33,858 nt of DNA from a virus (Duplodnaviria > Caudoviricetes): positions 1 through 33,858 of IMG/VR virus record IMGVR_UViG_3300048599_000859; one strand, written 5' to 3'. The translations under genes and the position numbers were made by a program. The notes below the pieces were generated by a model. It was not told the DNA's origin, did not search any database, and saw only the letters and a program-made list of their open reading frames with translations. This document shows positions 8,024-16,720 of the stretch, piece by piece (the first letter of the stretch is position 1; each line of letters starts with the position of its first letter).

Positions 8024-8569
8024 ATGGCAACGATAACAGCGGGACAGATACAGCGCGTGTATGCCCTCGGCGCGACCGTCGGCATCCTGGAATCCGGAAA
8101 TAAGGATGACGACCTGCACGCGCTCGTAAGCAGGGTCACCGGCAAGGAACATATCAGCGAGCTGAGCTCCGCGGAATTTACATCCGTGGAGCATGAGCTT
8201 TTAAAGCTCATGAAGGGAAATTACAGAAAAGCCCCCTCCGCCTCCAGCCGCGCTCCCAGAGGCGGAGCCAGGAAGCCAGACGCCGTCCCGGGGATGATGA
8301 CGCCGGCGCAGCAGAGCAAAGCCTGGCGGTACATTTACAGGCTGTGCGAGCTGGATGGCCGCCAGGCGACGCCCGGCGAGAGGATGTGCGGCGCGATCAA
8401 GACGATTCTCAGTATCGACGCCAGGGTCGAAGCGCCATTCAAATGGGTGAACCAGACCGATGGAGGCAGGCTCATCGACATGCTGAAACGATATGTTGAC
8501 AGCGCCGAGCGAAAGGCGGCCGGGGCCGCGAGCGCTCCAAGGCGCCGAAAGAAGAAGGAGGTCGGATAA
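8024..8569 (+). CDS. GemA/DUF1018 (Mu gp16-like) regulatory protein
   Basis: QIQRVYALG..DDDLHALV..TGKEHISELS..; position just before mor. Confidence 0.8.
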   Translation: MATITAGQIQRVYALGATVGILESGNKDDDLHALVSRVTGKEHISELSSAEFTSVEHELLKLMKGNYRKAPSASSRAPRGGARKPDAVPGMMTPAQQSKAWRYIYRLCELDGRQATPGERMCGAIKTILSIDARVEAPFKWVNQTDGGRLIDMLKRYVDSAERKAAGAASAPRRRKKKEVG

Positions 8570-8880
8570 TGGAAAAGCTCACAGACATTATGCCGCCGGA
8601 GCTGCCGGAGGATCAGCAGCGACTCCTGGACCTGATCGGCCCGGAGCCCTACGCAAAGCTCATAGAGTATTACGGCGGCATGCTGCTCTACATACCGAAG
8701 CGGGACGGGTTCGTGCGGGCCGCCAGAAATGAGCAGATCAAAAAGGAATTCAACGGCGCCAATTACCGTCATCTGGCTGTGAAGTACAACCTGTCCGAGG
8801 TGATGATCCGCGCGATTGTCGCCGATCTCGACCAGGAGATGCGAAAAAGCCAGGTCGACGGCCAGGAAACCATATTTTAA
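8569..8880 (+). CDS. Mor/C-family transcription activator
   Basis: LIG..KLIEYYGGMLLYIPK..ARNEQIKKEFNGANYRHLAVKYNLSE. Confidence 0.92.
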   Translation: MEKLTDIMPPELPEDQQRLLDLIGPEPYAKLIEYYGGMLLYIPKRDGFVRAARNEQIKKEFNGANYRHLAVKYNLSEVMIRAIVADLDQEMRKSQVDGQETIF

Positions 8881-8960
8881 AGTAAATCTTTAAAATATTT
8901 TACTCAAATCCTTTGTCTTGCGGGCTTTATTCTTTTAGGTTTATCCTTAATTAACCGGAA
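8881..8960 (+). promoter_or_regulatory. Probable activator-dependent late promoter region
   Basis: AT-rich gap after mor with inverted repeat AGTAAA-N12-TTTACT (8881-8904); no clear -35. Confidence 0.4.
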
Positions 8961-8976
8961 TTGGACAGGTGATGTA

Positions 8977-9387
8977 ATGAATCCAACACAAGCGACCGTC
9001 GGCGAGCTTTTCTATTGGATCGTCAGCGGCATCCTCGCACTTTTCTCCACAATACTCGGCATTATGTTCAAGCGTGACCGCGACCGCGCCGATAAGCTGG
9101 CCGATAAGGTCGACGGCATGGCGCTCCTGAAGGCGGACAAAAAGGACGTCGACGCGCTCTCCGGATGTATCAGCAAGGTCAAAGAGGATTACATCACCAA
9201 GGAGGATTTTAACGCCTTTAAAAACGACCAAAGACTTCAGAATGCCGAGCTGACAAAAGATGTTAAGCGCATATCTGAAAACTACCTCAAACAAACCGAT
9301 TTTTTCAGGGTGCAGGACGCAACAGACCGTAAGCTTGAAACAATTACAAAGCTGCTTCTGGAAATGAAGGAGACGCAAAATGGATAA
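8977..9387 (+). CDS. Membrane-anchored coiled-coil protein (Mu gp25-like position)
   Basis: N-terminal TM helix, coiled coil with YITKEDF; AGGTG RBS. Confidence 0.7.
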   Translation: MNPTQATVGELFYWIVSGILALFSTILGIMFKRDRDRADKLADKVDGMALLKADKKDVDALSGCISKVKEDYITKEDFNAFKNDQRLQNAELTKDVKRISENYLKQTDFFRVQDATDRKLETITKLLLEMKETQNG

Positions 9388-9712
9388 CGAAGAGATCAAG
9401 AAAAGAATCCGCGCCGCGAACGCGAAAGCCAACAATGGCCGCGTTCTTCGAGTCATCAATATTCTCCGCATTCAGTATATCAAGCTGCGGGACGCCAGAA
9501 GCGCCATGCCGGACATGAAAGAGGGCGAATTCCAGGACAGCATCAATTATCTTGCTGAGGCTGAGTACATCGAGATGCGCCATATCGAAACGAGGGCGCC
9601 GGTCACGACGAGCCTGGCCGATCACGATTACAGGGAGCTTGAAGCCAAGCTTACGAAAACAGGTATCCAGCTCCTCGGAGGCTTCTGCAGCGACCCTCTT
9701 GTCGAGGTGTGA
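9380..9712 (+). CDS. Winged-helix protein (Mu gp26-like position)
   Basis: NNGRVLRVINIL..SINYLAEAEYI..AKLTKTGIQLL..DPLVEV. Confidence 0.72.
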   Translation: MDNEEIKKRIRAANAKANNGRVLRVINILRIQYIKLRDARSAMPDMKEGEFQDSINYLAEAEYIEMRHIETRAPVTTSLADHDYRELEAKLTKTGIQLLGGFCSDPLVEV

Positions 9713-9713
9713 T

Positions 9714-10268
9714 ATGGCGTTTTTAAAACAGCGCCGGAAGCATTCCATCATCGACGGTCTTCCTGAACCCATCAAGGCTGCGGTCGACCAGATGTTTCAA
9801 GCGAATTTTACGTTTGCTGAGATCGCTGATTTCATAAACACCCAGGGCTACAGGATCTCTATCGCCTCTGTCCACAGGTATTCAAAAACGCTGCTGGCGA
9901 CCGTCCAATCGCTCCGGATGGCAAATGAATCAATGCGGGTCATTATGGAGGAGCTGGCCAAGTATCCGATGCTGGATACAACCGAGGGCATCATCCGGCT
10001 TCTCAGCCATCAGGTCTTTGAGGCGATCCAGAAAACGCCTGAAGAAAAATGGGGTGACATCAACCCCGTCGACCTGATCGGAAAGGCCACGGCTCTGGTC
10101 CGGGCCGCCGGATACAAGCAGCGCGTCGACCTTCAGAACCAATCCGTTTTAGATGCAGGGTATGACAAGGTTAAATATCTCGTCTTCGAAGCAATGGCCA
10201 ATGAGGATCCGGAGCTATACAAAGCGGTTAGCCGGTTCCTGGCACAGAAAAAATCCGAACCCCTTTGA
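9714..10268 (+). CDS. DUF3486 / Mu gp27-like protein (putative packaging small subunit)
   Basis: RRKHSIIDGLPEPIK..TFAEIADFINTQGYRISIASVHRY; GAGGTG RBS before ATG 9714. Confidence 0.85.
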   Translation: MAFLKQRRKHSIIDGLPEPIKAAVDQMFQANFTFAEIADFINTQGYRISIASVHRYSKTLLATVQSLRMANESMRVIMEELAKYPMLDTTEGIIRLLSHQVFEAIQKTPEEKWGDINPVDLIGKATALVRAAGYKQRVDLQNQSVLDAGYDKVKYLVFEAMANEDPELYKAVSRFLAQKKSEPL

Positions 10269-10269
10269 T

Positions 10270-10580
10270 GGAGCTGCCTGAGCAGCTCGTGAGGCGGCAT
10301 AAAGGCCATGGGTATAGAGCAAGACAAGACGCTCTTTCTGCGGGTGGCTGCCGCCAAAGATATAAGCACCTCCGGGGCGGCCCCGCAGCGCCCCACAACT
10401 ATTAATTTGCTATCTCCCGGCAGCCATGTCTGCGGGCTGACCGCCGGTTGATGATACAGCCCCGGTGTTTTTCCTTCCTTCCTCTCTTTTGTCTTTTGTC
10501 TATCGCGTCATCCGATCCGTTTTGTGTCTATCGTCATTTTATGCGGAGCGTCCCGCAGCGCTCCGCAGCCTCCAGGAGGG
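10270..10580 (+). ncRNA. Structured non-coding leader of the antiterminator gene
   Basis: Several GC stems, two CUGCGGG/CCCGCAG complementary pairs, polypyrimidine tract. Confidence 0.5.
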
Positions 10581-10585
10581 CAACT

Positions 10586-11104
10586 ATGAACTGGTATGTG
10601 CTGCATGTCAAAACGGGGAAAGAAACAGCGATAAAAGCCGAACTGAAACGGCAGGGATATGCATCGACTGTTGCTCCGGAGAAGATCCTGAAGGAGCGAA
10701 AAGACGGCAAATGGCTTTATAAGCTCAAGCCGGTATTCCCCGGATACGCTTTTATTAAAACTGAGCTTACCGACGAGGATTATTACATCATCACGGCGAT
10801 TTCTGGTGTGTACCGCTTCCTGGGCGTGAATCGTCCGGAGCCGCTGCCGGAACATGAAGAGGAGTTTATCTGCTGGCTTGACAACGAAGGCCTGCCGCTG
10901 CAACCCTCTCCCATAATGTTTGTTGAAGGACAGCCGGCGCGCGTCCTGAGCGGCCCGTTGAAAGGGCACGAAGGCACGATTGTCAGAATCATCAAGCGGC
11001 AGCATAGAGCCATCCTGGCCGTTACGATCTGCGGCCAACGGAAAGAGATCTCACTCTCCATCAATATATTGGGGGCTGACGATGATAATAGTGATTGTTT
11101 GTAG
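10586..11104 (+). CDS. NusG paralog (LoaP-like) transcription antiterminator
   Basis: MNWYVLHVKTGKE..PVFPGYAFI NGN domain; RVLSGPLKGHEGTI KOW motif; AGGAGG RBS. Confidence 0.92.
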   Translation: MNWYVLHVKTGKETAIKAELKRQGYASTVAPEKILKERKDGKWLYKLKPVFPGYAFIKTELTDEDYYIITAISGVYRFLGVNRPEPLPEHEEEFICWLDNEGLPLQPSPIMFVEGQPARVLSGPLKGHEGTIVRIIKRQHRAILAVTICGQRKEISLSINILGADDDNSDCL

Positions 11105-11369
11105 TCCGGCGTCGCCCGTTTCGATCGTTGAAGCATTCGACCCCACGATTACGGAAGCGCTGGCCACTGAGATACCGTCTCTGGCAGATATCATGCAACA
11201 GTGCATCGAGACGGCCGACGACCTTATGATCGTTGCCCCCAGGGAAGAACACAGCGTGAAACTCCGGCCGGTACGGGACGCGTCTGCGGCGCACTCCGGA
11301 TACGGTCCCGGCCGACTGGGATCACATATACGTCCTCGATGTGTCAGATACCCGACCGGATTCGTTTAG
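11082..11369 (+). CDS. Hypothetical protein
   Basis: GGGGG RBS-like site, ATG overlapping the antiterminator 3' end; no recognisable motif. Confidence 0.4.
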   Translation: MIIVIVCSPASPVSIVEAFDPTITEALATEIPSLADIMQQCIETADDLMIVAPREEHSVKLRPVRDASAAHSGYGPGRLGSHIRPRCVRYPTGFV

Positions 11370-11471
11370 AGCCCGGTAAAAGGTTTTTGACAGAGCCCTG
11401 CGGAGGTTTACTGACTAAGCGAACTGATTTCTCAGGGCATAGAAGAAACCCACTGGACGTATTACATCATA

Positions 11472-11503
11472 ATAGCCCCCTGCTTTCCTAACCAGGGGGC
11501 TAT
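11472..11503. other. Perfect 11-bp inverted repeat hairpin
   Basis: ATAGCCCCCTG / CAGGGGGCTAT; no U-tract after it on +. Confidence 0.55.
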
Positions 11504-11517
11504 ATAAAAACTGAAAA

Positions 11518-11780
11518 CGCGTCACGACGGCCGGGCTGGTACTGACCCCCGGATACAGGGGGGCGCGTCACATAAAACCGAGATATCGGCCTCAAGGAGG
11601 CTCGAAAATGGCGTAGCGCGTCCCTTTGGGGGCGATTTTTTTACCGAGATATATCGGCAAGCTGAAAATGTATTAAAGAACCGTTCAAAAGCGTTCAAAT
11701 GCGTCGCGTTTTCCAAACGCGGGTATGCGGGCACCCGGAGCCGGAGCCCCACAGAGGCGCACACAGCGCGTCATACGAAA
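11518..11780 (+). promoter_or_regulatory. Candidate antiterminator-loading leader of the late operon
   Basis: Hairpins, ops-like GGCGTAGCGCG 11610-11620, repeated CCGAGATAT(AT)CGG, CGCGTCA and CGTTCAAA. Confidence 0.45.
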
Positions 11781-11795
11781 GAGCGAGGTGGCCGG

Positions 11796-11966
11796 ATGAA
11801 TCCGATGCAGAAACATGGTGTCGACGAGCTGACAAAGGCCGTTGCGGCTACGGAAAACAAAAAGCGCGGGATCCTCGGCGACGCCGACGCGCTCCGTGAG
11901 AAGCTGAAGCCGATCATGGACGCCATTAACAACCCCGTGCCGAACAGGGAGATGCCCGATGAATAA
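11796..11966 (+). CDS. 56-aa protein resembling a small-terminase C-terminal segment (not in ORF track)
   Basis: GAGGTG RBS; MNPMQKHG..IMDAINNPVPNREMPDE; overlaps the terL start. Confidence 0.65.
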   Translation: MNPMQKHGVDELTKAVAATENKKRGILGDADALREKLKPIMDAINNPVPNREMPDE

Positions 11967-13257
11967 ACTGGCGCCATTTACAATGAATCAAAAGGCCTGG
12001 TATGATCGCTGCTTCGAATCCTGGTTCAATGTCGCCGAAGGCGGCAAGCGCGGCTCCAAGAACGTGCTGGCCGGTACGGCTTTCGCCGTGATGCTGGAGA
12101 CGCACCCGGACAAGCTCCACCTGGCCGCCGGTTACAGCATCGCCACGGCGCGGCTTAATATACTCGACTGCAACGGCTACGGCCTGAAGAATTATTATGA
12201 AGGCCGCTGGCGCGACGGTAAATATGAAGGGCGCGACTGCCTGTATATCCAGACGCTGACCGGCGAAAAAGTTGTTCTGATCTCCGGCGGCGGCAAGGTC
12301 AGCGATAAAGCGCTCATACAGGGCAACACCTACGGCATGGTGTATATCACCGAGGCTAACCTCTGCCACCCGGACTTCGTCCAGGAGGCTTTCGACAGGA
12401 CAATCAGCAGTAATGATCGGAAGGTATTTCACGATTTAAACCCGAAGGCGCCGACGCACAAGTACTATACAGATGTCCTGGACTTTCACGCAGCGCAGCA
12501 GAAAAAGGATCCGACATACGGATACAATTACGGCCATTTCACGATCCTGGACAACATGAGCCTGGCGATCGAGAAGGTCGCGGCCATTCTGAAGACCTAC
12601 AACAAGAATTCTGTCTGGTACAAGCGAGACATTCTGGGGCTGCGTCTGGCGGCTGAGGGGATCATCTACGGCGAGTTCGCCGATAACCCGGACCGCTTTA
12701 TCCTCGACAAAGAGCCGACGGACATCATGTACGCCATCCTCGGCGTCGACTTCGGGGGGAACAAATCCGCCCACACTTTTAATTGTACGGGGTTTACCCC
12801 GCGGTTGAAGGACGTCGTCACCCTGGAGGAGCATTACCGGCAGCAGGTCATTTCCCCGGCGCAGCTGGAGAAGGACTTCGTGGAATTCGTCATAAAATGC
12901 CAGTCAAAATACCGGGTCAATGATGTCTATTGCGACAGCGCGGATCCGGTTCTGATCCGGGGCCTCCGGAACGCAGCTATAAAGGCCAAGCTGAAGATTA
13001 ATATTCACGGCGCATATAAGGGCGCGATACTCGACCGCATCAGGCTTTACGCGCTGCTGATGAGCCAGGACCGCTATAAGGTCATGCGTCGCTGCAAGCG
13101 GACGATCGAGGCCTTCAGCTCCGCCCAGTGGGATCCGAAACAGGAGGACACCCGGCTGGATGACGGCACCACCAACATAGACAGCCTGGACGCACAAGAA
13201 TACACCACTGAGGGCTTGGCTGAAACCCTCCTCGATATGACACTGTTAAGGGCGTGA
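11959..13257 (+). CDS. terL: Terminase large subunit, PBSX-like
   Basis: EGGKRGSKN Walker A variant, YITEAN, DLNP, GVDFGGNKS and DSLDAQEY nuclease motifs. Confidence 0.93.
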   Translation: MNKLAPFTMNQKAWYDRCFESWFNVAEGGKRGSKNVLAGTAFAVMLETHPDKLHLAAGYSIATARLNILDCNGYGLKNYYEGRWRDGKYEGRDCLYIQTLTGEKVVLISGGGKVSDKALIQGNTYGMVYITEANLCHPDFVQEAFDRTISSNDRKVFHDLNPKAPTHKYYTDVLDFHAAQQKKDPTYGYNYGHFTILDNMSLAIEKVAAILKTYNKNSVWYKRDILGLRLAAEGIIYGEFADNPDRFILDKEPTDIMYAILGVDFGGNKSAHTFNCTGFTPRLKDVVTLEEHYRQQVISPAQLEKDFVEFVIKCQSKYRVNDVYCDSADPVLIRGLRNAAIKAKLKINIHGAYKGAILDRIRLYALLMSQDRYKVMRRCKRTIEAFSSAQWDPKQEDTRLDDGTTNIDSLDAQEYTTEGLAETLLDMTLLRA

Positions 13258-13261
13258 TTGA

Positions 13262-14659
13262 TTGAATACAATACGGTCCGTACTGGCGAAAAGCGGCTAC
13301 ACGATCCCGCCCAGCGAAACGTATAAAACGATCGGCATATGGGCGGATTGGTATAACGGCCGATACAAGAAATTCCATGATTATACACTCTACAATGGAC
13401 GCAGCAAGCAGAAGCGCCGCCGGCGCAGCCTTAAGATGGCTAAAAAGGTTACGGAGGACTGGGCAAACCTGCTGCTCAACGAGAAGGTCCAGGTCACTGT
13501 GAGCGACGCCCAGGCGCACAAATATATCATAGCAGCTCTGGAAAAAAACCACTTCCGGGTCCAGGGAAACAAGCTTGTTGAAAGGTCTTTTGCGCTGGGC
13601 TCCGGCGCTTTTGTTGAGCACACCGACGGCAAGGGCGGCGTCATGATCGATTATGTCCGGGGCGATTGCATTTATCCCATCAGCTGGGACGGCGACACCG
13701 TGACGGAGTGCGCCTTTGCGTCGATCAAAAACAGCGGCAAGAGCAAAACAATTTATCTCAACATTCACGTCATCGAAGACGACGGGTATGCGATCTACAA
13801 CATGCTTATTCCAGTTGAGGGGGACGCGTCCGGTACGCCGGCCGATGACAACGGGCTTCTGCCCGGCGGCCTGGCATCCGTTTTTCGCACGAGCTCCTTA
13901 ACGCCCCGCTTTCAGATCATCGGGCCAAACGTGGCAAATAACATCGACCTTGACAGTCCGCTGGGGATATCGGTTTACGCGAATTCTCTGGACCTGCTGG
14001 AGAGCTGCGACCTCGTTTTTGACTCATACTGTAACGAATTCCGGCTCGGTAAAAAGCGGATCATGATAAACGGTGCGCTGACCAAGATCGCCATCGACGT
14101 CACGAGCGGCGAACAGGTACCGATCTTCGACGATAACGACACCGAGTACTACGCACTTCCGGAGTTCACGGAAGACAAAAACCCCATTCATGAGATAAAT
14201 ATGGAGCTTCGTGTCGATGATCACGACAAGGCCATCACCCGATTTATCTCACTGCTCTCCGATAAATGCGGGCTCGGCGCCGACAGGTACAGGTTTGAAA
14301 ACGGCGTCGTTAAGACGGCGACCGAGGTCATAAGCGACAAATCCGAGCTATATCAGAACCTGAAAAAGCATGAGCTGGTGCTTTCCGACGCCCTGACCGG
14401 CATGTGCCGGGCGATCGCCGAGATTGGCGGCTTTGGTTCCGGTTTCGACGTTGATATCGCTTTTGATGACAGCATTATTGAAGATACGACCGGGCAGCGA
14501 AACAGGATACAGGTGCTGGTAACGCAAGGCAAATTCCCGCTTTGGCGATACCTCAGGGACTTTGAGGGATACGACGAGAAAACAGCAAGGGAGATCGAGG
14601 CGGAAACAAAGGCAGCCGGTGGCGTGATCACCTTCGAGGATCTCGAAACGGAGGTGTAG
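13262..14659 (+). CDS. Portal protein, A118-gp3/SPP1-like
   Basis: WADWYNG, LKMAKKVTEDWANLLLNEK, SPLGISVYANS, KTATEVIS, FDDSIIED. Confidence 0.92.
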   Translation: MNTIRSVLAKSGYTIPPSETYKTIGIWADWYNGRYKKFHDYTLYNGRSKQKRRRRSLKMAKKVTEDWANLLLNEKVQVTVSDAQAHKYIIAALEKNHFRVQGNKLVERSFALGSGAFVEHTDGKGGVMIDYVRGDCIYPISWDGDTVTECAFASIKNSGKSKTIYLNIHVIEDDGYAIYNMLIPVEGDASGTPADDNGLLPGGLASVFRTSSLTPRFQIIGPNVANNIDLDSPLGISVYANSLDLLESCDLVFDSYCNEFRLGKKRIMINGALTKIAIDVTSGEQVPIFDDNDTEYYALPEFTEDKNPIHEINMELRVDDHDKAITRFISLLSDKCGLGADRYRFENGVVKTATEVISDKSELYQNLKKHELVLSDALTGMCRAIAEIGGFGSGFDVDIAFDDSIIEDTTGQRNRIQVLVTQGKFPLWRYLRDFEGYDEKTAREIEAETKAAGGVITFEDLETEV

Positions 14660-14662
14660 CCC

Positions 14663-16504
14663 ATGCTCACACCGGAATATCTGGATGGAGTCGCCGAACC
14701 CCTGCAACAGATTTTTTCGGAGCTTCAGATCAGGATTCAGGCAGACATAGCGCGCCGGATCGCAAAAGCGGATCTCACCATCACAGACACAGCAGCATGG
14801 CAGATAAATAAGCTTCAGGAACTCGGCAAAAGCCAGGCGGCTATCCAGAAAGAGATCTCCAGAGCGCTTAACATTTCGGAAAAAGAAATTAAAACGCTCT
14901 TCAAGGCTGCCGGCATCAAATCCCTCAAGACGGACATCGACCTTCAGAAGGCGGCCATCGAGGCCGGGAAGCTCCCGACGGGCGTTGTCCCACTCTCGGC
15001 GTCGCCGGCCATTGCGCAGGTGCTGAGCGCCAACGCGCGGCGCACCGTGAACACGCTGCGGAATCTGACGCAAACAACGGCCATAGACGCCGCAGGCAAG
15101 CTGACTCAATATCTGGACACAGCGCAGCTGATGGTTCAGTCCGGCGCGTTCACTCAGGATCAAGCCGTCGACGTCGCTGTCAGACAGCTGGCAGCCGATG
15201 GCGTCGCCTATTTCGACTATATGAGCGGAGCCAGGACCACGGTCGAGGCCGGTGTCCGGCGCGCTGTGGTCACAGGAATAAATCAAGCGACCGCAGAGAT
15301 TTCTCTGGCGAACGCGGCGGAATTGGAGACGGATCTCGTCGAAGTCACCTCCCACGGCGATGCCCGCCCTTCCCACGCAGAGTGGCAGGGTAAAATATAC
15401 AGTCTGTCGGGTACCCACCCGAAATACAGAAGCCTTCGGGACGCCACAGGATACGGTACCGTTTCAGGACTCTGCGGCGCCAACTGCCGGCACAGCTTTT
15501 ACGCATTCATTGAAGGCGTTTCCGAGCAGGTACCCAAAGAGGAATACGACCCGGAGACATACAAGGCAGAACAGCAGCAGCGTTATAATGAGCGCATGAT
15601 ACGCAGCTGGAAGCGCCGGGCGGCCACACTGGAGGCCGGCGGCGTCGACAACACGAAAGAGCTGCTGAAGGTCCGGGAATGGCAGCGCCGCCTTCAGGAG
15701 CATCTTGACGAAACCGGGCTGCCGAGGCTGCCGGCCCGCGAACAGGTACCGGGCTTCGGGCGCCGATTATCGTCTAAGGCCGTTCAGGCCGCGAAGCGGA
15801 ATACCGCGATTAAAAGCGGGTCCTTCACGCAATCTTCCATCAGTCAGAAATCCGTCGGCGCTGCTGAAAACTGGGCCAAAAAGACGCTTGGCGCCGCCCA
15901 TGTTACTTATACCGGGCAATCAGTGGACGTCGTGAATGAGGTCAACCGTACCTTGAAGAAAATCTTCAAGGAATACCCGAGCCTGAACGGTTTCGTGGAT
16001 GAGATCAAGTTTGATAACATCCCCGCTGTAGCCAGGGCGTCACTCTCCCATCGAAACGGGGCCCTCAAAGCCACACTCACATTTTCCGATAGCCGGCTGC
16101 AGGATCTGGCAGCCATTAAAAAAATGATCGACGCACAAGTGAAAGCACAGTATTGGAGCCCGAAAGACGGCCTGCTGGGGATCAGCAAGCACGAATGCGT
16201 CCACCTTCTGGAATATGCGTATACACTCCGGAAATATGGCGTGGTGAAAGTGGGATCCGATCCGGCAGATATCGCAAAGGCCTTCGCAGCGATCCGGCGC
16301 GGAGAAGTATCGGGCGACATCAGGAAACAGGCCCTGGCAGCTTGCAACCTTGCCGATGATCCGGATATAATTAAGGCAAACCTGTCAGACTATGCCAACG
16401 TCAGCAGCCTTGAATTTCTGGCAGAAGCTGTATCTGAGCACAACCCGAGAAAGCTGGCCAGAGCAGCGATAGACTTGTTCAAAAAATTACTGGGGGTGAA
16501 ATAA
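14663..16504 (+). CDS. Minor capsid protein (Phage_min_cap2/MuF-like) with C-terminal metallopeptidase-like extension
   Basis: SHGDARPSHAEWQGK, GLCGANCRHSFY, QQRYNERMIRSWKR; tail carries HECVH and EFLAEA. Confidence 0.9.
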   Translation: MLTPEYLDGVAEPLQQIFSELQIRIQADIARRIAKADLTITDTAAWQINKLQELGKSQAAIQKEISRALNISEKEIKTLFKAAGIKSLKTDIDLQKAAIEAGKLPTGVVPLSASPAIAQVLSANARRTVNTLRNLTQTTAIDAAGKLTQYLDTAQLMVQSGAFTQDQAVDVAVRQLAADGVAYFDYMSGARTTVEAGVRRAVVTGINQATAEISLANAAELETDLVEVTSHGDARPSHAEWQGKIYSLSGTHPKYRSLRDATGYGTVSGLCGANCRHSFYAFIEGVSEQVPKEEYDPETYKAEQQQRYNERMIRSWKRRAATLEAGGVDNTKELLKVREWQRRLQEHLDETGLPRLPAREQVPGFGRRLSSKAVQAAKRNTAIKSGSFTQSSISQKSVGAAENWAKKTLGAAHVTYTGQSVDVVNEVNRTLKKIFKEYPSLNGFVDEIKFDNIPAVARASLSHRNGALKATLTFSDSRLQDLAAIKKMIDAQVKAQYWSPKDGLLGISKHECVHLLEYAYTLRKYGVVKVGSDPADIAKAFAAIRRGEVSGDIRKQALAACNLADDPDIIKANLSDYANVSSLEFLAEAVSEHNPRKLARAAIDLFKKLLGVK

Positions 16505-16663
16505 TTGCTTATACCTGTACCACCGATTTTAGATGGCCTCATCAGATTTGTCCCAGGCGGTTGCGTCCTGAAGGAAGGCGCAACACCCGAACAGCAAAAA
16601 GCATTCGATGAATTCCAGAAGGATATGAAAACGGAAACGGATGAAATGATCATATCCGAATAA
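16505..16663 (+). CDS. 52-aa protein after the MuF extension (candidate partner/immunity; not in ORF track)
   Basis: GGGGTG RBS, TTG start, MLIPVPPILDGL..LKEGATPEQQKAFDEF. Confidence 0.6.
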   Translation: MLIPVPPILDGLIRFVPGGCVLKEGATPEQQKAFDEFQKDMKTETDEMIISE

Positions 16664-16669
16664 GTGATT

Positions 16670-16700
16670 AACCGCCAGGCTTCACCGCCGGGCGGTTTTC
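16670..16700 (+). terminator. Intrinsic terminator-like hairpin
   Basis: AACCGCC..GGCGGTT followed by TTC. Confidence 0.5.
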
Positions 16701-16720
16701 ATATCGCATCAGGAGGCCGT

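Noticed and set aside
9552-9713. Longer start for DUF3486 (similarly ORF-track starts 2392, 16664, 20836, 21638, 22515, 29599, 30048, 31707, 31940)
   Set aside because: They overlap upstream genes or lack an RBS; downstream starts have clear SD sequences
10270-10570. A fourth known-class ribozyme (pistol, HDV, hatchet, twister-sister) in this leader
   Set aside because: I could not fit the conserved cores by eye; kept as an unknown structured RNA
10448-10585. N-terminal extension of the antiterminator in the ORF track
   Set aside because: The NGN domain starts at MNWYV with a strong RBS at 10574; the upstream part is low-complexity structured sequence
11401-11491. Small ORF after GGAGGT at about 11402
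   Set aside because: Only a CTG is at a usable distance; no support for translation
14348-15418. Long antisense ORFs (also 22494-23423, 18204-18935, 26325-26984)
   Set aside because: Shadow frames of GC-rich genes with no recognisable motifs
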